From assembly GCA_012295275.1 (NCBI GenBank), contig CM022672.1, positions 6,820,001 through 6,884,000 on the forward strand: 64,000 bases of DNA, given 5' to 3'. Source of the stretch: Chrysomallon squamiferum (Eukaryota > Animalia > Mollusca). The position numbers were made by a program, and so were the translations under genes. Below are positions 9,501-21,722 of this stretch, one piece after another (position 1 is the stretch's first letter; each line of letters opens with the position of its first letter). The notes under the pieces are model-generated. The model was given only the letters and a program-made list of their open reading frames with translations, ran no database searches and was not told the origin of the DNA.

Positions 9501-12190
9501 GGAATAGTGCCACACGGATTTTCAACTTTTGAAAATCGAATTTTTTCAAGTTTCGTTGAAAATGCTAGGGGTACCTTTTTTTTCAAGTGCAATAACTTTT
9601 TCTGTGCACGGGAAAAAATCGGGCGCACATACCCAAAAGTGGGGCAAGGGTTGCCCTACACGGGTGAAAAGTGCCGCACGCCCCACCCAAGGGGAACAAC
9701 TCGTTTCCGACACGTGCACAAAAAACGCACATATTTTTGAAAATTTGCTCGTTTTTTTTCAAACGCATTTTCAAAAGGTGCAGCACCATTTGGCAAATGT
9801 TGGAAACGCTTTTGCCACACTCGCCCCGACGGCGCGCACCTTTTGCACACGTTGAAATATTTTTCCCGACCGCACGGAATAGTGCCACACGGATTTTCAA
9901 CTTTTTTAAAATCGAATTTTTTCAAGTTTCGTTGAAAATGCTAGGGGTACCTTTTTCAAAGTGCAATAACTTTTTTTTCTGTCGGGAAAAAAAATCGGGC
10001 GCACATACCCAAAAGTGGGGCAAGGGTTGCCCCACACGGGTGAAAAGTGCCGCACGCCCCACCCAAGGGGAACAACTCGTTTCCGACACGTGCACAAAAA
10101 ACGCACATATTTTTTTGAAAATTTGCTCGTTTTTTTTTTTTTTTCGCATTTTCAAAAGGCAGCACCATTGGCAAATGTTGGAAACGCTTTTGCCACACTC
10201 GCCCCCCGACGGCGCGCACCTTTTTGCACACGTTGAAATATTTTTCCCGACCGCACGGAATAGTGCCACACGGATTTTCAACTTTTGAAAATCGAATTTT
10301 TTCAGTTTTTGAAAAAAAAATGCTAGGGGTACCTTTTTTCAAGTGCAATAACTTTTTCTGTGCACGTGGGAAAAAATCGGGCGCACATACCCAAAAAAAT
10401 GGGGCAAGGGGTTGCCCCCCACGGGGAAAAAAAAGTGCCGCACGCCCCACCCAAGGGGGAACAACTCGTTTCCGACACGTGCACAAAAAAAAACATATTT
10501 TTTTGAAAATTTGCTCGTTTTTTTTTTTTTTCAACGCATTTTCAAAAGGTGCAGCACCATTGGCAAATGTTGGAAACGCTTTTGCCACACTCGCCCCGAC
10601 GGCGCGCACCTTTTGCACACGTTGAAATATTTTTCCCGACCGCACGGAATAGTGCCACACGGATTTTCAACTTTTGAAAATCGAATTTTTTCAAGTTTCG
10701 TTGAAAATGCTAGGGGTACCTTTTTCAAAGTGCAATAACTTTTTCTGTGCACGTGGGAAAAATCGGGCGCACATACCCAAAAGTGGGGCAAGGGTTGCCC
10801 TACACGGGTGAAAAGTGCCGCACGCCCCACCCAAGGGGAACAACTCGTTTCCGACACGTGCACAAAAAACGCACATATTTTTGAAAATTTGCTCGTTTTT
10901 TTTTCAAACGCATTTTCAAAAGGTGCAGCACCATTGGCAAATGTTGGAAACGCTTTTGCCACACTCGCCCCGACGGCGCGCACCTTTTGCACACGTTGAA
11001 ATATTTTTCCCGACCGCACGGAATAGTGCCACACGGATTTTCAACTTTTGAAAATCGAATTTTTTCAAGTTTCGTTGAAAATGCTAGGGGTACCTTTTTC
11101 AAAGTGCAATAACTTTTTCTGTGCACGTGGGAAAAAATCGGCGCACATACCCAAAAAGTGGGGCAAGGGTTGCCCTACACGGGTGAAAAGTGCCGCACGC
11201 CCCACCCAAAGGGGAACAACTCGTTTCCGACACGTGCACAAAAAACGCACATATTTTTGAAAATTTGCTCGTTTTTTTTTCAAACGCATTTTCAAAAGGT
11301 GCAGCACCATTGGCAAATGTTGGAAACGCTTTTGCCACACTCGCCCCGACGGCGCGCACCTTTTGCACACGTTGAAATATTTTTCCCGACCGCACGGAAT
11401 AGTGCCACACGGATTTTCAACTTTGAAAATCGAATTTTTTCAAGTTTCGTTGAAAATGCTAGGGGTACCTTTTTTTTCAAGTGCAATAACTTTTTTTCTG
11501 TGCACGTGGAAAAATCGGGCGCACATACCCAAAAAAAGTGGGGGGTTGCCCCCACACGGGTGAAAAAGTGCCGCACGCCCCACCCAAGGGGAACAACTCG
11601 TTTCCGACACGTGCACAAAAAACGCACATATTTTTGAAAATTTGCTCGTTTTTTTTTCAACATTTTCAAAAGGTGCAGCACCATTGGCAAATGTTGGAAA
11701 CGCTTTTGCCACACTCGCCCCGACGGCGCGCACCTTTTGCACACGTTGAAATATTTTTCCCGACCGCACGGAATAGTGCCACACGGATTTTCAACTTTTG
11801 AAAATCGAATTTTTTCAAGTTTCGTTGAAAATGCTAGGGGTACCTTTTTCAAAGTGCAATAACTTTTTCTGTGCACGTGGGAAAAATCGGGCGCACATAC
11901 CCAAAAGTGGGGCAAGGGTTGCCCTACACGGGTGAAAAGTGCCGCACGCCCCACCCAAGGGGAACAACTCGTTTCCGACACGTGCACAAAAAACGCACAT
12001 ATTTTTGAAAATTTGCTCGTTTTTTTTTCAAACGCATTTTCAAAAGGTGCAGCACCATTGGCAAATGTTGGAAACGCTTTTGCCACACTCGCCCCGACGG
12101 CGCGCACCTTTTGCACACGTTGAAATATTTTTCCCGACCGCACGGAATAGTGCCACACGGATTTTCAACTTTTGAAAATCGAATTTTTTC
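6593..12190. repeat. Satellite A: ~374-bp tandem repeat, about 15 head-to-tail copies, CpG-rich
   Basis: Anchor aatcg(g)gcgcacata near 6598, 6970, 7354, 7726, 8101, 8473, 8868, 9241, 9617, 9993, 10375, 10761, 11136, 11512 and 11885; copies are near-identical apart from homopolymer lengths. Confidence 0.98.
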
Positions 12191-12454
12191 ACGCTTTGTT
12201 ATTTTTGTTATAATAAAAAAAAATCAGTAAATAAAATATTTTAATGTGTCATTTGAGAGATTCGGTTTTTTAATATCAGAATTTGTTGTTTCTTTTTGTA
12301 TTTTGTTAATATTCTGAACTTTATTTGTTTTCAAATTCTCTGGCAATTTTTAATTAATTGAATTTTATTTCTTTTAGAATTGTATATGCATTAAGTACCA
12401 CAGGATTTTCTCTCTGTATGATTCTGTGTGTGTGAATGTGTGTGTCTCTGTGAA

Positions 12455-12517
<63 letters not shown>

Positions 12518-13315
12518 TGTGTATACTAAGGAAAGAGAAAAATCAGATCAATTAGAATTATCTCGTTTGAGTGATATGTGCTCACAAACAGATTAGAGTT
12601 AGGTCCCTTACGTGAGATGTATTCACTAAGCTTACGTACGGTAATTATCCGAAAAATGGAACCTGCGAAGACGCCGAGCTTCTATCGTTTTAATAATTCA
12701 ACGTGGTTCTTTATTTGTTTCTTTTTTTTTTTTTTTTATCCTATGCACTTTCCTTATTTCTGTTATAATAAAAAACTTCAGTAGATAAAATATTTTAATG
12801 TGTCATTTGAGATATTCTGTTTTTTAATATCAGAATTTATTATTTCTTTTTGTATTTTGTTAATATTCTGAACTTTATTTGTTTTTAAATTATCTGGCAA
12901 TTTTTAATTAACTGAATTTTATTTCTTTTAGAATTGTATATGCCTTAAGTACCAGAGGTTTTTCTCGGTGTCTGTGAGTGTGTGTGTTTGTGTGTGTGTG
13001 TGTGTGCATGTCTGTGTATACTAAGGAAAGAGAAAAATCAGATCAATTAGAATTATCTCGTTTGAGTGATATGTGCTCTCAAACAGATTAGAGTTAGGTC
13101 CCTTACGTGAGATCTACTTACTAAGCAAAGTAAAAATTATATCGATTACAGTTTTCTTCCTTTAGTGAGATGTGTTCACAGAGATAGATTAGAGTTATGT
13201 CCCTTACGTGAGATGTATTCACTAAGCTTACGTACGGTAATTATCCGAAAAATGGAACCTGCGAAGACGCCGAACTTCTATCGTTTTAATAATTCAACGT
13301 GGTTCTTTATTTGTT

Positions 13316-13346
<31 letters not shown>

Positions 13347-13606
13347 GTATCCTCTTTACTTTGCTTATTTCTGTTATGATAAAAAAAAAATCAGTAAATA
13401 AAATATTTTAATGTGTCATTTGAGAGATTCGTCTTTTTAATATCAGAATTTATTATTTCTTTTTGTATTTTGTTAATATTCTGAACTTTATTTGTTTTTA
13501 AATTCTCTGCCAATTTTTAATTAATTGAATTTTATTTCTTTTAGAATTGTATATGCATTAAGTACCAGAGGTTTTTCTCTGCGTATGATTCTGTGTGTGT
13601 GATTCT

Positions 13607-13663
<57 letters not shown>

Positions 13664-14832
13664 TGTGTATACTAAGGAAAGAGAAAAATCAGATCAATTA
13701 GAATTATCTCGTTTGAGTGATATGTGCTCACAAACAGATTAGAGTTACGTCCCTTACGTGAGATCTACTCACTAAGCAAAGTAAAAATTATATCGATTAC
13801 AGTTATCTCCCTTTAGTGAGATGTGTTCACAGACATAGATTAGAGTTATGTCCCTTACGTGAGATGTATTCACTAAGCTTACGTACGGTAATTATCCGAA
13901 AAATGGAACCTGCGAAGACGCCGAGCTTCTTTCGTTTTAATGATTCAACGTGGTTCTTTATTTGTTTCTTTTTTCTTTCTTTTTTTTATCGTGTTTACTT
14001 TGCTTATTTTTGTTATAATAAAAAAAAATCAGTAAATAAAATATTTTAATGTATCATTTGAGAGATTCGGTTTTTTAATATCAGAATTTGTTGTTTCTTT
14101 TTGTATTTTGTTAATATTCTGAACTTTATTTGTTTTTAAATTCTCTGGCAATTTTTAATTAACTGAATTTTATTTCTTTTAGAATTTTATATGCATTAAG
14201 TACCAGAGGTTTTTCTCTGTGTGTGTGTGTGTGTGTGTCTCTGTGTATACTAAGGAAGGAGAAAAATCAGATCAATTAGAATTATCTCGTTTGACTGATA
14301 TGTGCTCACAAACAGATTAGAGTTAGGTCCCTTACGTGAGATCTACTCACTAAGCAAAGTAAAAATTATATCGATTACAGTTATCTCCCTTTAGTGAGAT
14401 GTGTTCACAGACATAGATTAGAGTTATCTCCCTTACTTGAGATGTATTCACTAAGCTTACGTACGGTAATTATCCGAAAAATGGAACCTGCGAAGACGCC
14501 GAGCTTCTATCGTTTTAATAATTCAACGTGGTTCTTTATTTGTTTCGTTTATTTTTTTGTTTTTTTTCAGTTTTTTTTTTATATCATGTGTACCTTGCTG
14601 ACTTCTGTTATAATAAAAAAATCAGTAAATAAAATATTTTAATGTGTCATTTGAGAGATTCGGTTTTTTAATATCAGAATTTATAATTTCTGTTTGTATT
14701 TTGTTAATATTCTGAACTTTATTTGTTTTTAAATTCTCTGGCAATTTTTAATTAACTGAATTTTATTTCTTTTAGAATTGTATATGCATTAAGTACCAGA
14801 GGTTTTTCTCTGTGTGTGAGTGTGTGTGTTTA

Positions 14833-14899
<67 letters not shown>

Positions 14900-15495
14900 C
14901 TGTGTATACTAAGGAAAGAGAAAAATCAGATCAATTAGAATTATCTCCTTTGAGTGATATGTGGTCACAAGCAGATTAGAGTTAGGTCTCTTACGTGAGA
15001 TCTACTCTCTAAGCAAAGTAAAAATTATATCGATTACAGTTATCTCCCTTTAGTGAGATGTGTTCACAGACATAGATTAGAGTTATGTCCCTTACGTGAG
15101 ATGTATTCACTAAGCTTACGTACGGTAATTATCCGAAAAATGGAACCTGCGAAAACGCCGACCTTCTTTCGTTTTAATGATTCAACGTGTTTCTTTATTT
15201 GTTTCCTTTTTCTTTCTTTTTTTTATCGTGTTTACTTTGCTTATTTTTGTTATAATAAAAAAAAATCAGTAAATAAAATATTTTAATGTGTCATTTGAGA
15301 GATTCGGTTTTTTAATATCAGAATTTGTTGTTTCTTTTTGTATTTTGTTAATATTCTGAACTTTATTTGTTTTTAAATTCTCTGGCAATTTTTAATTAAT
15401 TGAATTTTATTTCTTTTAGAATTGTATATGCATTAAGTACCACAGGATTTTCTCTGTGTATGATTCTGTGTGTGTGAATGTGGGTGTCTGTCTGG

Positions 15496-15554
<59 letters not shown>

Positions 15555-16023
15555 TGTGTATACTAAGGAAGGAGAAAAATCAGATCAATTAGAATTATCT
15601 CGTTTGAGTGATATGTGCTCACAAACAGATTAGAGTTAGGTCCCTTACGTGAGATGTATTCACTAAGCTTACGTACGGTAATTATCCGAAAAATGGAACC
15701 TGCGAAGACGCCGAGCTTCTATCGTTTTAATAATTCAACGTGGTTCTTTATTTGTTTCTTTTTTTTTTTTTTTTTTTTTTTTTTTCATCCTATGCACTTT
15801 CCTTATTTCTGTTATAATAAAAAACATCAGTAGATAAAATATTTTAATGTGTCATTTGAGAGATTCGGTTTTTAATATCAGAATTTATTATTTCTTTTTG
15901 TATTTTGTTAATATTCTGAACTTTATTTGTTTTTAAATTATCTGGCAATTTTTAATTAACTGAATTTTATTTCTTTTAGAATTGTATATGCCTTAAGTAC
16001 CAGAGGTTTTTCTCGGTGTCTTT

Positions 16024-16060
<37 letters not shown>

Positions 16061-16686
16061 TGTGTGTCTGTGTCTGTGTCTGTGTATACTAAGGAAAGAG
16101 AAAAATCAGATCAATTAGAATTATCTCGTTTGAGTGATATGTGCTCACAAACAGATTAGAGTTAGGTCCCTTACGTGAGATCTACTCACTAAGCAAAGTA
16201 AAAATTATATCGATTACAGTTTTCTCCGTTTAGTGAGATGTGTTCACAGATATAGATTAGAGTTATGTCCCTTACGTGAGATGTATTCACTAAGCTTACG
16301 TACGGTAATTATCCGAAAAATGGAACCTGCGAAGACGCCGAACTTCTATCGTTTTAATAATTCAACGTGGTTCTTTATTTGTTTCTTTTTTTTTTTTTTT
16401 TTTTTTTTTTTTCTTTTGTTGTATCCTGTGTACTTTGCTTATTTCTGTTATGATAAAAAAAAAAATCAGTAAATAAAATATTTTAATGTGTCATTTGAGA
16501 GATTCGTCTTTTTAATATCAGAATTTATTATTTCTTTTTGTATTTTGTTAATATTCTGAACTTTATTTGTTTTTAAATTCTCTGGCAATTTTTAATTAAT
16601 TGAATTTTATTTCTTTTAGAATTGTATCTGCATTAAGTATCAGAGGTTTTTCTCTGTTTATGATTATGTGTGTGTGAGTGTGTGTA

Positions 16687-16747
<61 letters not shown>

Positions 16748-17325
16748 CTCTGTGTATACTAAGGAAAGAGAAAATCAGATCAATTAGAATTATCTCGTTT
16801 GAGTGATATGTGCTCACAAACAGATTAAAGTTAGGTCCCTTACGTGAGATCTACTCACTAAGCAAAGTAAAAATTATATCGATTACAGTTATCTCCCTTT
16901 AGTGAGATGTGTTCACAGACATAGATTAGAGTTATGTCCCTTACGTGAGATGTATTCACTAAGCTTACGTACGGTAATTATCCGAAAAATGGAACCTGCG
17001 AAGACGCCGAGCTTCTATCGTTTTAATAATTCAACATGGTTCTTTATTTGTTTCTTTTTTCTTTTTTTTTATCTTGTGAACTTTGCTTATTTTTGTTATA
17101 ATAAAAAAAAATCAGTAAATAAAATATTTTAATGTATCATTTGAGAGATTCGGTTTTTTAATATCAGAATTTGTTATTTCTTTTTGTATTTTGTTAATAT
17201 TCTGAACTTTATTTGTTTTTAAATTCTCTGACAAGTTTTAATTAATTGAATTTTATTTCTTTTAGAATTGTATATGCATTAAGTACCAGAGGTTTTTCTC
17301 TGTGTGTGTGAGTGTGTGTGTTTGT

Positions 17326-17362
<37 letters not shown>

Positions 17363-19138
17363 TCTGTGTATACTAAGGAAAGAGAAAAATCAGATCAATT
17401 AGAATTATCTCGTTTGAGTGATATGTGCTCACAAACAGTTTAGAGTTAGGTCCCTTACCTGAGATCTACTCACTAAGCAAAGTAAAAATTATATCGATTA
17501 CAGTTATCTCCCTTTAGTGAGATGTGTTCACAGACATAGATTAGAGTTATGTCCCTTACGTGAGATGTATTCACTAAGCTTACGTACGGTAATTATCCGA
17601 AAAATGGAACCTGCGAAGACGCCGAGCTTCTATCGTTTTAATAATTCAACGTGGTTCTTTATTTGTTTCTTTTTTCTTCTTTTTTTTATCCTGTGTACTT
17701 TGCTTATTTTTGTTATAATAAAAAAAAATCAGTAAGTAAAATATTTTAATGTGTCATTTGAGACATTCGGTTTTTTAATATTTTGTTAATATTCTGAACT
17801 TTATTTGTTTTTAAATTCTCTGGCAATTTTTATTTAATTGAATTTTATTTCTTTTAGAATTGTATATGCTTTAAGTACCAGAGGTTTTTCTCTGTGTATG
17901 ATTATGTGTGTGTGAGTGTGTGTGTCTGTGTGTGTGTGTCTGTGTGTGTGTGTGTGTCTGTGTGTGTGTCTGTGTATACTAAGGAAAGAGAAAAATCAGA
18001 TCAATTAGAATTATCTCGTTTGAGTGATATGTGCTCACAAACAGATTAGAGTTAGGTCCCTTACGTGAGATCTACTCACTAAGCAAAGTAAAAATTATAT
18101 CGATTACAGTTATCTCCCTTTAGTGAGATGTGTTCACAGACATAGATTAGAGTTATGTCCCCTACGTGAGATGTATTCACTAAGCTTATGTACGGTAATT
18201 ATCCGAAAAATGGAACCTGCTAACACGCCGAGCTTCTATCGTTTTAATAATTCAACGTGGTTCTTTATTTGTTTCTTTTTTTTTTCTTTTTTTTTATCCT
18301 GTGTACTTTGCTTATTTCTGTTATAATAAAAAAAAATCAGTAAATAAAATATTTTAATGTGTCATTTGAGAGATTGGGTTTTTTAATATCAGAATTTGTT
18401 GTTTCTTTTTGTATTTTGTTAATATTCTGAACTTTATTTGTTTTTAAATTCTCTGGCAATTTTTAATTAACTGAATTTTATTTCTTTTAGAATTGTATAT
18501 GCATTAAGTAACAGAGGTTTTTCTCCGTGTGTGTGAGTGCGTGTGTCTGTGTCTCTGTGTATACTAAGGAAAGAGAAAAATCAGATCAATTAGAATTATC
18601 TCGTTTGAGTGATATGTGCTCACAAATAGATTAGAGTTAGGTCCCTTACGTGAGATGTACTCACTAAGCAAAGTAAAAATTATATCGATTACAGTTATCT
18701 CCCTTTAGTGAGATATGTTCACAGACATTGATTAGAGTTATGTCCCTTACGTGAGATGTATTCACTAAGCTTATGTACGGTAATTATCCGAAAAATGGAA
18801 CCTGCGAAGACGCCGAGCTTCTTTCGTTTTAATGATTTAACGTGGTTCTTTATTTGTTTCTTTTTTCTTTTTTTTTATCGTGTGTACTTTGCTTATTTTT
18901 GTTATAATAAAAAAAATCAGTAAATAAAATATTTTAATGTGTCATTTGAGATATTCGGCTTTTTAATATCAGAATTTATTATTTCTTTTTGTATTTTGTT
19001 AATATTCTGAACTTTATTTGTTTTTAAATTTTCTGGCAATTTTTAATTAATTGAATTTTATTTCTTTTAGAATTGTATATGCATTAAGTACCAGAGGTTT
19101 TTCTCTCTGTATGATTATGTGTGTGTGAGTGTGTGTGT

Positions 19139-19195
<57 letters not shown>

Positions 19196-20437
19196 TGTGT
19201 ATACTAAGGAAAGAGAAAAATCAGATCAATTAGAATTATCTCGTTTGAGTGATATGTGCTCACAAACAGATTAGAGTTAGGTCCCTTACGTGAGATGTAC
19301 TCACTAAGCAAAGTAAAAATTATATCGATTACAGTTATCTCCCTTTAGTGAGATGTGTTCACAGACATAGATTAGAGTTATGTCCCTTACGTGAGATGTA
19401 TTCACTAAGCTTACGTACGGTAATTATCCGAAAAATGGAACCTTCGAACACGCCGAGCTTCTATCGTTTTAATAATTCAACGTGGTTCTTTATTTGTTTC
19501 ATTTTTTTTTTTTTTTTTTTCGTATGTACTCTGCTGATTTCTGTTATAATAAAAAAAATCAGTAAATAAAATATTTTAATGTGTCATTTGACAGATTCGG
19601 TTTTTTAATATCAGAATTTATTTTTTATTTTTGTATTATATTAATATACTGAAATTAATTTGTTTTTAAATTTTCTGACAATGTTTAATTAACTGAATTT
19701 TGTTTCTTTGAGAATTGTTTATGCATTCATTACCAGAAGTTTTTCTCTGTGTAAGTGTGCGTGTGTCTCTCTATCTGTCTCTGTATATTTATAATAAGGA
19801 AAGAAAAAATCATATCGATTAGACTTATCTTCATTTTGTGATATGTGGTCACAAACAGATTAGTGTTAGGTCCCTTACTTGAGATGTACTCACTAAGCAA
19901 AGTACAAATTCAACCGATTAGACTTATCTCCCTTTAATGACATGTGTTCGCAAACATAGAATAGAGTTAGGTCCCTTACGTGAGATGTACTAACTATGCA
20001 ATGAAAACATTACTTCGATTAGACTTATCTCTCTTTAGTGAGATGTGTTAACTAACTGATTAGAGTTATGTCCCTTACCTGAGATGTAATCACTAAGCTT
20101 ACGTACGCTAATTCTCCGAAAAATGGAACCTCCAAAGACGCCCAGCTTTGATCGTTTTAATTATTCAACGTGGTTCTTTATTTCTTTTGTTATTTTTTAT
20201 TTTATCCTGTGTACTTTGCTTATTGTTGATATAGTAAAAAAAATCTGTAAATAAAATAACTGATTGTGTCATTTGAGAGATTCGGTTTTTTAATATCAGA
20301 ATTTATTATTTCTTTTTGTATTTTGTTAATATTCTGAACTTTATTTGTTTTTAAATTCTCTGCCAATTTTTAATTAATTGAATTTTATTTCTTTTAGAAT
20401 TGTTTATGCATTAAGTACCAGAGGTTTTTCTCTGTGT

Positions 20438-20490
<53 letters not shown>

Positions 20491-21070
20491 TGTGTATACT
20501 AAGGAAGGACAAAAATCAGATCAATTAGAATTATCTCCTTTTAGTGATATGTGCTCACAAACAGATTAGAGTTAGGTCCCTTACGTGAGATGTACTCACT
20601 AAGGAAAGTAAAAATTATATCGATTAGAGTTATCTCACTTTATTGAGATGTGTTCACAGACATTGATTAGAGTTATGTCCCTTACGTGAGATGTATTCAC
20701 TAAGCTTACGTACACTAATTACCCGAAAAATGGAAGCTGCGAAGACGCCGAGCTTCTATCGTTTTAATAATTCAACGTGGTTCTTTATTTGTTTCATTTT
20801 TTTTCTTTTTATCCTGTGTACTTTTCTTATTTCTGTTAAAATAAAAAAATCAGTAGATAAAATATTTTAATGTGTCATTTGATAGAATCGGTTTTTTAAT
20901 ATCAGAATTTTTTTTTTTTTTTTTTTATTTTGTTAATATTTTGAACTTTATTTGTTTTGAAATTCTCTGGCAATTTTTAATTAATTGAATTTTATTTCTT
21001 TTAGAATTGTATATGCATTAAGTACCAGAGGTTTTTCTCTGTGTGTGATTCTGTGTGTGTGAGTGTGTGT

Positions 21071-21103
<33 letters not shown>

Positions 21104-21722
21104 TCTTTCTGTCTGTCTGTCTGTCTCTGTATATTTATAATAAGCAAAGAAAAAATCATATCGATTAGACTTATCTTCTTTTTGTGATATTTTCTCACAA
21201 ACAGATTAGAGTTAGGTCCCTTACTTGAGATGTACTCACTAAGCAAAGTAAAAATTCAACCGATTAGACTTATCTCCCTTTAATGAGATGTGTTCACAAA
21301 CATAGAATAGAGTTATATTCCTAACGTGAGAAGTAGTCAGTAAGCTTCCGTACGCTAATTATCCGACAAACGGAACCTTTGAAAACTCCGAGTTTCGATC
21401 GTTTTAATGACTCAACGTGTTTCTTTATATGTTTACTTGTTGAGTTATTCTGTCCTGTCTACTCTCCTTATTCTTGTTATAATTCAAAAAATCAGTAAAT
21501 AAAATAATTTAGTGTGTAATTTGATTTATTTGCTTTTAGAATTGTATATGCATTAAGTACCAGAGGTTATTCTCCGTGTAGGATTCTGTGTGTGAGTGTG
21601 TGTCTCCTATTAGTGATATGTGCTCACAAATAGATTAGAATTAACTCCCTTACGTGAGATGCAGTCACTAAGCAAACTCAAAATTATGTCGATTAGCCTT
21701 CAGTGATATATGTCCACAAACA
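12191..21722. repeat. Satellite B: ~550-690-bp complex tandem repeat, about 15 copies, each with an AT-rich block, variable (GT)n, 2-6 35-bp cores, a unique CpG-containing block and a T-run
   Basis: Anchor aaaatggaacc near 12652, 13250, 13900, 14479, 15138, 15690, 16318, 16987, 17601, 18208, 18793, 19432 and 20120, with variants near 20728 and 21368; remnant cores to about 21720. Confidence 0.97.

Noticed and set aside
6323-12175. Dozens of overlapping ORFs (up to 288 aa) in satellite A and across the N gap
   Set aside because: They are translations of a tandem repeat in all six frames, shift frame with homopolymer length, include X runs and show no recognisable domain.
12652-12662. aaaaatggaac resembles the reverse complement of the U6 snRNA 3' end, raising the idea of a tandem snRNA or SL RNA array
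   Set aside because: The match does not extend; no ACAGAGA box, 5' stem or correctly ordered donor plus Sm site was found.
13697-13875. CRISPR-like appearance of 35-bp cores with short spacers
   Set aside because: Spacers are only about 6-23 bp and are the same from monomer to monomer, cores are divergent, there are no cas genes, and the context is eukaryotic.
12578-19569. Recurrent MRCVHRHRLELCPLREMYSLSLRTVIIRKMEPAKTPSF ORFs suggesting a tandem small-protein family
   Set aside because: They start at GTG, run into poly-T tracts of variable length with different C-termini, and are disrupted in some units; best explained as repeat artefacts.
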